A stretch of 17,415 nucleotides of DNA from Pseudomonadota bacterium (GTDB lineage Bacteria > Bdellovibrionota_B > Oligoflexia > Oligoflexales > CAIMVM01), in the NCBI GenBank assembly GCA_037142195.1, contig JBAXBA010000079.1:1-17415 (forward strand), given 5' to 3'. Shown one piece after another: positions 1 to 9,217 of this stretch (position 1 is the stretch's first letter; each line of letters starts with the position of its first letter). The notes beneath the pieces are model-generated. The model saw only the letters and a list, made by a program, of their open reading frames with translations. It did not search any database and had not been told where the DNA came from. The translations under genes were made by a program, and so were the position numbers.

Positions 1-553
1 TCGTCAACCAACTTTTTTTGCCAAAAGTGAATAATGTCTATTGCTACTACACATAGGTGATAAAGAGGATTTTGGGTTTATGTTTCTCTTGCCTTTTGCT
101 TCATGGTCGACTGCTATAATTCAAAAAACATCTCGGGTTTATAAAAAATAGAATCAATATCACATTGGTATCCGCAAATTAGAAAATGATCTGCTTTAAG
201 TGGCTTTTAGAAAATCTAGATTCTTAATATTGGGCAACGATTATTATGCAAAAGTGAATAGCAGTTATCTCGCATATGCAGTTGCCGTCACCGAAGATCT
301 TCCATTTTGATAGCTATTTAGTGCCTATAGAGTTGAAAAGGCTTAAGTCTTAGAATTCAAAGTCCCTAATTCTGAAGAAACAGTCGCGTGATTCCTTCTG
401 GAAGGAGGTGATGGAGAAAATGGGATATTGTCTTTAATTGAGGATCCTCGCTCGCCCCGACACTTGGCAAGTGGAGGATATTTGAAGATGAGCCTATTGC
501 AAAAAATGAGGTCGTGTCGCTCATCCCACAATCAATCGGGACTCACTCACTGC

Positions 554-1057
554 CTAGTTAGGACTATACTCCAAAGTTATGAAATCAAAGTCACGGTTCG
601 CGCATATTGACACTAGGGAGCAAAAAATCTTCTGCTCTGGCGACAATTCAATTTTAGTATAGAATGCCTCCAAGTTTTTCGCATCAACCAAACCTCGCTC
701 ATCAACCCTAGCAACATCCACACAATTGTTCTCTTGACGGTCTAGAATACTTTTACAAGCTATAAGTCTATCAACTCTTACAAATGTCATCGCAGATGAT
801 AATGATCCAGGTGTAGATAATCTTCCACCGAGCATTATGCCTGACATTGTCTCTGTTCTTTCTTTACGCCAAGTTGCTGCCTTCGCTGTGATGACAAGAT
901 CAACTTGATCTATGAAATAAGGACTTTCATGCTTAATGGTTTTGACGCTTAGTATGGTTAGAGAAAGATTTTCTGACTCTCTAGGTACTAATGCCTCGTC
1001 TTCAGCGTGAGCAATAAAAGGAAAACAAACAAGCAACAAGCAAAGAAATTTTATCAT
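554..1057 (-). CDS. Secreted hypothetical protein (167 aa)
   Basis: ATG preceded by GGGGAG RBS; N-terminal signal peptide MIKFLCLLLVCFPFIAHA with AHA cleavage motif; no recognisable family motif. Confidence 0.8.
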   Translation of the reverse strand: MIKFLCLLLVCFPFIAHAEDEALVPRESENLSLTILSVKTIKHESPYFIDQVDLVITAKAATWRKERTETMSGIMLGGRLSTPGSLSSAMTFVRVDRLIACKSILDRQENNCVDVARVDERGLVDAKNLEAFYTKIELSPEQKIFCSLVSICANRDFDFITLEYSPN

Positions 1058-1369
1058 AAAGACTCCCCAATGATTCTAAGCTGAGCAGGAAAACCCTGTT
1101 CTAGATGGTAGATATCCAAAATGTCTTGTTAGGTCTACTTAAAAGAAGATGAATTGCCGCATTCTGCTTTACAATGTCTTGAAATGTTGTTTCGCACCGA
1201 CTTTTGGGTAAATTCACGGATGACTCTAAGGTTAGAATTGATGTTCTAACCCCAAAAAAAAGGACCTATCACAGGCCCTCTCAGATAGAATGTGGAGGCG
1301 ATATTTCGGCTTTTAGAAATAATCGGGCTCAGGAAAGTTGCCCAAATGTCTCTAAGAGCTGGCAAAGGC

Positions 1370-2863
1370 TTAGAGTCTCAAGGAGCGGCGAACTCTAAAT
1401 TCAAAGGTTTCTAAATCTTCGTTGCCTAAAGTCTTCTTAGGGTCAGGTTTGATATTCGTAGGGTTTTTGTCAAAAGCAGGCTCACTCACCGCTTTTTTGC
1501 CAAACCAAGCTGCAAAGACTGCTTCAGCTTCTGATTTTTGATCCCGATCTAAAAGAGTAAACTTCGAGCCGTGATTGCCGCCCTTCACTATAAAATGATG
1601 CATGTTGTTTTCTATTTTTCCATGGGGGAAAGCTCCTGCAGACCAGGGGTCGAATTCTCCATAAACAAATACAATATCTTTAGCTTGTTGAGCAGTCCAA
1701 TCCTTGATCTTTAGCATCAGCTCATTGGAGTACTTGTACTCGACTCCTTTGGGAGTGTATTGGTCAATATTAAACTCATACTTCAGGAGCTCTTTAAGAT
1801 CCTCTCTTTCGGATCCTGGATTGCCAAGTTCCGTAGCGGCTTGGAAATAGTAAGATTGAAAACCCTCGATCTCACTGTCTGTGTAGGAAGTAATGGGATT
1901 GACCTCTTGCAAAAAATTGAATGCCGATGCGGCTTCTTTCCAAGACTTCGAAATCTTATCGCAGCCTACCGATTCATCGTCAGGGCTTTTATATTGCCAA
2001 AAGATGAAAGGGCTTTCGAGGATGAAATGTTCGAGGGCAACATCGGAACTTCCGATTTGTGTATACTTACCTGAGATCATCGGTAGAACGTCTTCTCTAT
2101 GTTCTAATATAAACTTTTGTAGGAGGCTGATTTTGTTTCTGCAGTCAGCATAGGTTTCACCTCCTACAGTTTTTAAAAAGTCGATATAGCGTGTATCTTC
2201 TGTACTAAAACTAAGAGGAGCCACATCCGCGACCGTTCCCGTGAGATCTTCTGGATAGAAGTAGTGGTGAAAAACAGAAGTCATCCCACCCTTACTTGCG
2301 CCTGTGCCTACCCAAGGTCTCTTATAGATTTTCTTAAGCTCCACCACAATGTGATGAAAGTCATCAGCAGATTGCTTGACGTTAAGCTTAGACCAGTCTT
2401 TGGGATCTGGTGTGGAGGTAGAGAAAAAGCGATGTTCTATTTGGATTTGATTGGTGGCAAATCGTCTCATAAGAGCCGACTCTCTGACGCCAAAGATGGA
2501 GTAACCACTGGTTTGAAGTACCATGGGTTCGGCATAGCTTCTGTGGAGAAGAACGACTCTCTGGCTAAACGTTCCGAGGGCGGGGTTATTATGATCTAGC
2601 GGCTGCTCAAACTGGAGATCGTATTGTCTAAGAGTGCTTGAAACCGCGGGATCTCTTTCGACGGCTTTAAACTGTAGGCCTGGAATGCATCCAAGTTTGC
2701 CCTCCAGTTCAGAAGTCTCATTCATGCACGTTTGCACGGGATCCATCTTGTCAGCGAAGCTAGGACCGGTGATGATCATGAACAAGATACTAAAGAGTGT
2801 ACGTCGCGGAGTTAGGTTCATAGTTTTGAATTTCCTAGTTTTAGTCAGAATCTTGAGGTTCAT
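1370..2863 (-). CDS. Secreted serine aminopeptidase, S37/S28 (tripeptidyl aminopeptidase-like, alpha/beta hydrolase)
   Basis: Motifs QPLDH, IEHRFF, QSADDFH, nucleophile elbow GASKGG (Ser), VYGEFDPW (Asp), GGNHG (His); signal-peptide-like N-terminus. True start may be the second ATG at 2821. Confidence 0.9.
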   Translation of the reverse strand: MNLKILTKTRKFKTMNLTPRRTLFSILFMIITGPSFADKMDPVQTCMNETSELEGKLGCIPGLQFKAVERDPAVSSTLRQYDLQFEQPLDHNNPALGTFSQRVVLLHRSYAEPMVLQTSGYSIFGVRESALMRRFATNQIQIEHRFFSTSTPDPKDWSKLNVKQSADDFHHIVVELKKIYKRPWVGTGASKGGMTSVFHHYFYPEDLTGTVADVAPLSFSTEDTRYIDFLKTVGGETYADCRNKISLLQKFILEHREDVLPMISGKYTQIGSSDVALEHFILESPFIFWQYKSPDDESVGCDKISKSWKEAASAFNFLQEVNPITSYTDSEIEGFQSYYFQAATELGNPGSEREDLKELLKYEFNIDQYTPKGVEYKYSNELMLKIKDWTAQQAKDIVFVYGEFDPWSAGAFPHGKIENNMHHFIVKGGNHGSKFTLLDRDQKSEAEAVFAAWFGKKAVSEPAFDKNPTNIKPDPKKTLGNEDLETFEFRVRRSLRL

Positions 2864-3059
2864 ACCTGTCTATGCATGAAAATTGGCATTATATAAAGAG
2901 CAATTTTGCGGGGGCCTTTTTTTCGCAAGGGCTTGCGACAATTTTTCGTGCCATAAGGTCTACTTTTAGATTTTCTAACGGCCTTAAGGTTTTCAGGGAG
3001 GTCTACCTCTCCTTGATTAACTATCCGATTCCTTTGAGTCTTTCCATTCTGCGCAAGTG

Positions 3060-3200
3060 ACATGCCTTCACCTAGATGGGTTCTTGCGGACCCATTAGTG
3101 ACCTCTCACTCGGCAAGTGTTCGTAACCCGCCGTAAGTGGGCAGGTATGAGAAGCTCTGGGTTTCAGGCTTTAAATGCATTGAGCTTCGTACTTTAAGCG
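3060..3200 (+). ncRNA. Candidate structured non-coding RNA (unassigned)
   Basis: Consecutive stems in an intergenic gap: 3068-3101, 3127-3141 and 3143-3194; G-U pairs favour the + strand. No known family recognised. Confidence 0.3.
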
Positions 3201-3584
3201 AGGATCTTGAGGAAATAGATTTCTTGTTTTTGATCCCAGGCTTGAGAGAAAGAGAATGAGCGCCTCATGACTTTGGGCTCAAGGCGCAGAAACGTTTAGC
3301 TAGAAAAACCTTATCATTTTCTAACCTTTTTTGCTCGTAGGTGCCTTTGTTTGCGGTGAAGACTTTGAAGGTGTTCTTTTCGCCCGAAAAAATAGAGGTT
3401 GTTAAGAAGAAACAAGTTGGGTTTAGGACTGGTTTTCAGCCTAGAGAGAAAAGTAAGTTGACTAACATCGGGAATTTTCAGCAGTTTAGAGCGCTTTAAA
3501 TAGTATTTTGTGGCTGCAGGGCGATGTTGTACAATCCGCTTCCTGGCGAGGGCTAGGCCTATAGTCAGACACCATGAGGACTCT

Positions 3585-4196
3585 ATGAAACCTATTTTAT
3601 TTTTAGCAGTTGGCGTCAGTTTGCTTTTTATGGGTTGCGGGAAAGGCCAAAAAAGACAGACGAATTTTTCGTTGGCAAGCACTTGTAAAGACAAGTCCTT
3701 GAGTTTTCGGGCTGGAAAATGCGTCAGGGAGTCGGACCAGTGTCCTAGCGATCGCATCAACCCAGATCAAACTTGCAAGCAAGTCCCTTGTTCTAGCGGT
3801 CTTTATTTTGATGGCACCTATTGTCTCGCCTCGTCAGACGTTCGGGCTCCATACTCTTTAGTTACCACAAGCTTTATCGATATTTGTTTGGGTACCCTGA
3901 GCAATGATCAAAAATATACCTTTTCGGCGATCTTAAATCTTGCGGAAAAAGGCCAAGCTCTCGAAGATCTTTCTCAGGTGACCCAGGACGTCAGATGTGG
4001 CGCTGCCTTTGGCAAGCTTTCCCAAGTGAAGATCAACTCTTTGGTGATTCCTTTTGGCGAACTTAGAGACTTGACGCCACTTGCCGCATTCGACGACTTG
4101 CCAGATATTAAAAGAATTATTTTGGATGTATCTACATCTTCGACGATGACTTGTCCCCTTCAAGATCCAGCCCGTTGTATTTTTAAAGCTTGGTAA
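3585..4196 (+). CDS. Cys-rich lipoprotein with internalin/LRR-cap-like C-terminal domain (203 aa)
   Basis: Start reassigned to ATG 3585 (GAGGA RBS just upstream); lipobox LFMG-C; Cys-rich N-terminal half; SFIDIC..QKYT..C..KLSQ..LRDLTPLAAF resembles an LRR N-cap plus one repeat. Confidence 0.8.
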   Translation: MKPILFLAVGVSLLFMGCGKGQKRQTNFSLASTCKDKSLSFRAGKCVRESDQCPSDRINPDQTCKQVPCSSGLYFDGTYCLASSDVRAPYSLVTTSFIDICLGTLSNDQKYTFSAILNLAEKGQALEDLSQVTQDVRCGAAFGKLSQVKINSLVIPFGELRDLTPLAAFDDLPDIKRIILDVSTSSTMTCPLQDPARCIFKAW

Positions 4197-4247
4197 AGGA
4201 AAGTGTTCTCAAAAAAGATCCAGCCCGCTAGCATAACAAAGTGACTT

Positions 4248-6731
4248 TTAGCCAATGGATCCCAGGTATCTCGTCAATCTGAGGAGATCAGCTGTAATGG
4301 CAGCCGACACCACCTGTTTTCCGGCTCCAGGGCCTTGAACCACGAGAGGCTGTTTACCGAGCCTTTTTGTGTAAAAAGCAACGATGGTTTCACCAGGCGT
4401 GACTCTGGAAAACACATGATCCTTTGCCAGCGCTTTTAGCTCCGTGCGTATACCACCTTCAGTGGATAAGGTCGTGATATACTGGAGGCTCATATTGTGT
4501 TTTTGAGCTTCGTCCACTTTCGCCTTCATGGCTTTGTCTTGAGCCTTGGCTGCGGAAAGAATTTCATCTAGGGATAGGCGAGGACTTACATCAAGAATTT
4601 TTTCTACGTTGAGATCACCTTCTTCGGCATGAATTCCCAGCTCGCGTCCTAATAGAAGCGACTTTCGTTTGACGCTAGATCCATTTAAATCGTCTGTGAT
4701 GCTTTCATCGAAAAGATCTTGATCAACTACTTCTTTAAGTACCTCAGAAAAAGGCACACCCTCATTGAGGCGGCCAATCATATGGCTGATAGAACCTGAG
4801 AGGATCCCTTCGAGACGTATGACTTCGTCGCCGGTTTGCAGGAGATCTGCGAGGGTTTCAATAACGGGTAGGCTTCCACAAACGCTCGACTCAAAGAGAT
4901 AGTGTCTTTGGCTGGAGCGAGTTAAAGCTTGGAGCTTGCGATAATAGTCGAGTGGGCCTGAATTTGCGAACGTCCCCGGGCTGATCACATGGATACCGGA
5001 GGAAAGCCAATCGGCATAATGACTGGCGACTTCGGGCGAATTGGAACAGTCAATGATGACGTGGTGGGGGAGATTGCCAGACTGAACGTGAGCTACAAAG
5101 GAAGAAAGATTGAGCTCCGTCTTTTTCGCAGCGAATGTCTTTTCCCAAGTGTCTGGATCGATTTCTTTGTCGTCTAGAACCATACTGTGGAGATCTAAGA
5201 TGCCGCGAAGCCGAATGTCTACTTTAGCATCTAGTTTCAAGTTTCTTTTAATTTTTGACAGCTCACTCAGAAAGTTTTTTCCGACGAGCCCTGGACCTAT
5301 TAAGCCTAAGCTGATGGTTTGAGGGGAAAGGTAAAATCCTGAATGGGTACTTCGCAAAGCCTTGGTCATTTCATTTTTGGCAACAACAACGGAAATATTT
5401 CTTTCACTAAAGCCCTGGTTGATTACTCTAGCGCTAATTCCCGCCTTGGCAAGGGAGTCAAAGTACCTGGCAGCAACGCCCGTCTTCTGTGCCATCGTAT
5501 CTGACACAATGGACAGAATGGCTTGATCGCGATGAAGCTCAAGAAGTGAAATCTGGCCTGCATTGATTTCCACGGGGAATGCTTTTTGGATCAAACGATA
5601 GGCATTTTCACCGTGCTGGTTTGCCAATGCGAAGGATAATGAGTTTCCTGGTGAGCCAAATGTGCCCATAATTACGTGCAATTTTGCTTCCGACAATAGT
5701 CCGATGATTTTGGAATGAATCCACTCAAGGGGGAGCGATCCTGAAGTCTCTAAATAAAGTACAGCGATATCATCGACAGTCGCGCAACCTTTGACGGTAA
5801 AACTGCTGTCATTGCCTGCGCTCGCCTCGATGCGGCTGCCCTTAGCATGAGGGTGAAAGGTATTTTTAATTAAAATGGGAATATTTTTCATGACGGCAGG
5901 CAACATGGTTGCGGGATGCAGCACTTTGGCTCCAAAGTTGGCGAGCTCTATGGCCTCTCGATAGGTCAATTCAGGTATTACAACGGCATCTTGCACGCGT
6001 CTGGGATCGGCGCTCATAACCCCGTCGACATCTGTCCAGATTTCTACCGCTAAGGCATCAAGAAGGTGTCCAAAAATGGAAGCGGAATAATCTGAGCCGT
6101 TTCTGCCAAGGGTCGCCGGCACATCTTGAGGGGTTCTGCAAACGAATCCGGTAATGATGAGCAGGTCAGTGGGTTGAGAGGATAGCACATCCATGCGTTC
6201 CCTGGACTCTTCCCAAAGTATGTTCGGTCCTTGTGCCGAAGGCTCCACGGTCAAAATCCGACGGGCATCCACATAGGTATTGGCGATCTGTCTTTTTTTC
6301 AAATGAAGACTTAAAAGTGACGCGCTCCAAACCTCTCCTAGGCCTGAGACAAAGTCGCGCAGGCGGTCGGAACATTCTCTAACCACACCAATGGCATCAA
6401 GTACCTTAGAAAGCGCTTCAAGATCGCGATCAAACTTTTCTGTAAACTCACCTTTTGCAGACTCCGTCAAGAGAGCATGAGCAGTGTTAAGATGTTTTTC
6501 TCGAAGAGCTGCGAGACTTTTGGGAAGCTCAGGCGCGCGCGCTACAGCAAGGGCTGTCAAAGCCAAAAGTTGATCTGTAACTCCACTCATAGCGCTGACG
6601 ACTACACCAAGGCGAAGCTGACCTAAATCAGGCCTCCCTAGTACGATATCAGCGACGGCGCTTATCTTTTCCGCGCCGCCCATCGAGGTTCCCCCAAACT
6701 TGTAGACTACCCAGCGTTTTTGGTGATTCAT
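4248..6731 (-). CDS. thrA: Bifunctional aspartokinase / homoserine dehydrogenase (ThrA-type architecture; dehydrogenase motifs divergent)
   Basis: Kinase motifs KFGGTS, VVSAM, TLGRNGSDYSA, WTDVDGVMSADPR, FGAKVLHP; two ACT-like segments; Rossmann GLIGPGLVG; C-terminal PLVVQGPGAG; 827 aa; AGGAG RBS. Confidence 0.92.
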   Translation of the reverse strand: MNHQKRWVVYKFGGTSMGGAEKISAVADIVLGRPDLGQLRLGVVVSAMSGVTDQLLALTALAVARAPELPKSLAALREKHLNTAHALLTESAKGEFTEKFDRDLEALSKVLDAIGVVRECSDRLRDFVSGLGEVWSASLLSLHLKKRQIANTYVDARRILTVEPSAQGPNILWEESRERMDVLSSQPTDLLIITGFVCRTPQDVPATLGRNGSDYSASIFGHLLDALAVEIWTDVDGVMSADPRRVQDAVVIPELTYREAIELANFGAKVLHPATMLPAVMKNIPILIKNTFHPHAKGSRIEASAGNDSSFTVKGCATVDDIAVLYLETSGSLPLEWIHSKIIGLLSEAKLHVIMGTFGSPGNSLSFALANQHGENAYRLIQKAFPVEINAGQISLLELHRDQAILSIVSDTMAQKTGVAARYFDSLAKAGISARVINQGFSERNISVVVAKNEMTKALRSTHSGFYLSPQTISLGLIGPGLVGKNFLSELSKIKRNLKLDAKVDIRLRGILDLHSMVLDDKEIDPDTWEKTFAAKKTELNLSSFVAHVQSGNLPHHVIIDCSNSPEVASHYADWLSSGIHVISPGTFANSGPLDYYRKLQALTRSSQRHYLFESSVCGSLPVIETLADLLQTGDEVIRLEGILSGSISHMIGRLNEGVPFSEVLKEVVDQDLFDESITDDLNGSSVKRKSLLLGRELGIHAEEGDLNVEKILDVSPRLSLDEILSAAKAQDKAMKAKVDEAQKHNMSLQYITTLSTEGGIRTELKALAKDHVFSRVTPGETIVAFYTKRLGKQPLVVQGPGAGKQVVSAAITADLLRLTRYLGSIG

Positions 6732-6798
6732 AAAGTGAGTCTCTCCTGAGTTTTATTGGCATTTGGGGGATTAGGATGTCTCGATCAGCGATGAACTA

Positions 6799-6817
6799 TT
6801 CTACAATAATTGTAGAA
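6799..6817. promoter_or_regulatory. Perfect inverted repeat (putative operator) upstream of thrA
   Basis: TTCTACAAT-A-ATTGTAGAA, 9-bp arms, 68 bp upstream of the start codon, overlapping a minus-strand TAGAAT -10-like hexamer. Confidence 0.45.
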
Positions 6818-7153
6818 GACTTCGCACCTTTTTTGTAGGTTCCTTTCAAAAATCATAGCCCCGGAAGTCCATTTTTTAAGTGTGTATCTTTGGCCCGCTA
6901 TTGCGGAAAATCCCTTTGACAAGAATGAGGCACTAGTTTGGGTTGAAAGGAAAAAAAGGTATTCGGAAGATATTTAAGGAAAAAAATGCCTTCCGGACTT
7001 AAACCCTTAGGTCATGGCTCCGTTAAGCTTGTTCCTAGATTCCGTAGTGCAGACTTTGTGAATATACGGTCCTTAAACCGCAGTTTTGGAATTTTCTTGA
7101 TCCGCCTAATGCACCGTGAGTGTCTTCAAAGATGGTCACTAGGGTTATCGTTG

Positions 7154-7948
7154 TTACGGGTGATAGAAAGGGAGTTCTTCCGAAGTGAGATATTTAGCTG
7201 CCAAGGTTTTTATCTCACCTGATTTCACCATGTCTTGAATGATCCGGTCGAACCAGGGAAAAAGGGCGGTTTGACTGGATTTATTTGAAAAGGCTAAGCC
7301 GTGGGGTTCGATTTCGCCAATCCACTCCGTTTGAGAATACGTGGCATTTTCTTCTGGGGAAAGGTACCTCTCTTTCACGCCTATGAAAAACAGCAAAACA
7401 TCTATTTTTTTCTTCTTAAATGCCTGAAACAATTTTTCTTCAGTCGCAAATTCCACAACTCGCCCTGTTTTTTTTAGGTTCTTAACTTCAAGATCAAGGG
7501 CCGGCCCATAGCTCGTGCCGGAAACAGAGCCCATTTTTTGTCCTGTATTTTTTGTAAACTCTACAAGAGTGGCTGCGCGTGCACCGGTGTGAAACAGTAC
7601 AGACGTCTTGGCTACCCCATAATAAGAAAACTTAGCAATTTTACTGCGTTCTTTGGTATTGACGCTGCTCAAAGAAATGTCAACTTTTCCTGACTTAAGT
7701 TGAGCCCAAAGGGAGGAGCGGCTGTAGCTCTTTTCCTCAAAACGACAATTTGTTTTCTCTATAATTTTTTGAACAATATCCTTGTCAAGTCCCGTTTTTA
7801 GTTTTTCATTGTAAAAGATTCCAAAATCACTATAGCCGATCTTGATCGGTTTTTTAGGGCAGGAAAAAGTCGTTTCCTCCGCTAAGGCGTTTCCTGCAAT
7901 AAGAAAGAGGGAGGCTAAGAAAAGTCTAAAAGAGGGTTGGGCGGCCAT
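7154..7948 (-). CDS. Periplasmic substrate-binding protein, amino-acid ABC (SBP family 3)-like
   Basis: Signal peptide ending ALA; motifs GLDKDI, LKSGKVDI, TKERSK, C-terminal MVKSGEIKTLAAKYL; no adjacent permease or ATPase. Confidence 0.85.
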   Translation of the reverse strand: MAAQPSFRLFLASLFLIAGNALAEETTFSCPKKPIKIGYSDFGIFYNEKLKTGLDKDIVQKIIEKTNCRFEEKSYSRSSLWAQLKSGKVDISLSSVNTKERSKIAKFSYYGVAKTSVLFHTGARAATLVEFTKNTGQKMGSVSGTSYGPALDLEVKNLKKTGRVVEFATEEKLFQAFKKKKIDVLLFFIGVKERYLSPEENATYSQTEWIGEIEPHGLAFSNKSSQTALFPWFDRIIQDMVKSGEIKTLAAKYLTSEELPFYHP

Positions 7949-7966
7949 AAAAGTAATCCTTAAGTT

Positions 7967-8734
7967 TTAGGAATTCCACATTAACTTACCTATGGTTAAA
8001 AGAGTCACTGCAATCACGGTAAAGCGTATGATCTTATGCCCCGAATGCAACACAAAACCAGCACCGATAAAATTGCCTCCTAAATAACATGCGGCGCCAC
8101 TAAGCCCTATTTTCCAGTCCACACGCTGATAGATACTAAAAAAAATTAAGGCCCCGATGTTGGACGATAGGTTAAAGATCTTTGCAATCGCATTAGCCGT
8201 CTGCGTTTGAAAGCCTTGACGCTCTAAAAAGGAAAGAAAAAATATGCCGGTCCCAGGTCCAAATAAACCATCGTAGAACCCAATCATGGCAAGGGGGATT
8301 TGTCCCACGCCTGCTGGTCGATCGGAGTTCTTTAAAGAGTCCTGTTTCTGGATTGGGAGCGAGGGAGAAGAAAAAAACCACTTCTTAATCAAAAGCAACA
8401 ATATGACAAATAGAATAGGCGGCAAGATATCTTTTAAATGATCGGTAATTCCCTGGTATGTGGAAGCGAAAGCGCCCAAGGAGGCAGCAATTAAAATAAG
8501 ACTTGTCTTTGTCATCCATTCCGCTGGGGTTTTATGGCCAGACAGTAGCCGCGCTCTTTGAAACCGCATGATTGCAGCCGTTGATCCAAAAGTTCCAATA
8601 ACCTTATTGGTCCCGAGGACCAGTGATACGGGGAGTCCGGAAAGTAGCAAAGCTGGGGTCGTCAGCAGTCCCCCTCCGCCGCCCATGGCATCCACGAGGC
8701 CCGCAAAAAAAGCTGCAATTAAAATCAATGTCAT
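7967..8734 (-). CDS. TauE/SafE (TSUP, YfcA-like) membrane transporter
   Basis: AGLVDAMGGGGGLLTTPAL, LGTNK, IGFYDGLFGPGTGIF, AKIFNLSSN motifs; multiple hydrophobic helices; 18 bp from the downstream SBP gene (likely operon). Confidence 0.92.
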   Translation of the reverse strand: MTLILIAAFFAGLVDAMGGGGGLLTTPALLLSGLPVSLVLGTNKVIGTFGSTAAIMRFQRARLLSGHKTPAEWMTKTSLILIAASLGAFASTYQGITDHLKDILPPILFVILLLLIKKWFFSSPSLPIQKQDSLKNSDRPAGVGQIPLAMIGFYDGLFGPGTGIFFLSFLERQGFQTQTANAIAKIFNLSSNIGALIFFSIYQRVDWKIGLSGAACYLGGNFIGAGFVLHSGHKIIRFTVIAVTLLTIGKLMWNS

Positions 8735-8820
8735 GGAATTCCTTAGTATGAATCTTAAGGAAACTATACCTGAGCTTAAATACTAGTTCAATTTCTTTGG
8801 CAGGTGCGAAAAAAAGAAAG

Positions 8821-8856
8821 GAACCCTCGAAGCAACCCTCGAAGGATACCTTGAAC
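8821..8856 (+). repeat. Short tandem repeat, 12-bp period, three copies
   Basis: GAACCCTCGAAG CAACCCTCGAAG GATACCTTGAAC in the divergent intergenic region. Confidence 0.55.
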
Positions 8857-9217
8857 CATTCGAGTCGCGGTATTTTACATTTTACTATAGGGGAAGTTCG
8901 AAGTTCCTGTTTTTTGGGTCATGGAGGCGTGATGGATAAGCAGTCATTGAGGTTTCGAAGGGAGGCATTTCTGAATTGGGAGATGCCCGGCGAAGGAGGC
9001 TTGTCTATTGACAACGGGCCCATACTCAGCTGAGAGTGTGTCCTTTTTGAGCATATTTGGCCTTGGTGGTTGGCTTTTCTTGGCCCAGCCGGGCGCGCCT
9101 AAATGAATGACTAGAAAAAGCAGATCGCGTGCCTTTTGTGCTGCGCAGAATCGTCAGAATTGGGTATGATCAAAGAACATCGTGAGTTTATGACGAATTA
9201 TAGGAAGGATAATACTT

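Noticed and set aside
57..560. Possible decayed secreted-protein gene on the + strand, including ORFs 428..610 and 343..531
   Set aside because: Coding-like fragments exist but with many stops and no recognisable motif; cannot be supported without a homology search.
3510..3584. N-terminal extension of the 228-aa ORF
   Set aside because: RBS and lipoprotein signal both point to ATG 3585.
1760..6375. Short antisense or overlapping ORFs (1760, 1893, 2264, 2634, 2860, 2872, 3314, 3933, 4989, 5110, 6166)
   Set aside because: Shadows of well-supported genes or short intergenic ORFs with no motifs or convincing RBS.
6732..7153. Riboswitch or thr attenuator upstream of thrA
   Set aside because: No lysine, SAM or T-box consensus and no Thr/Ile-rich leader peptide seen.
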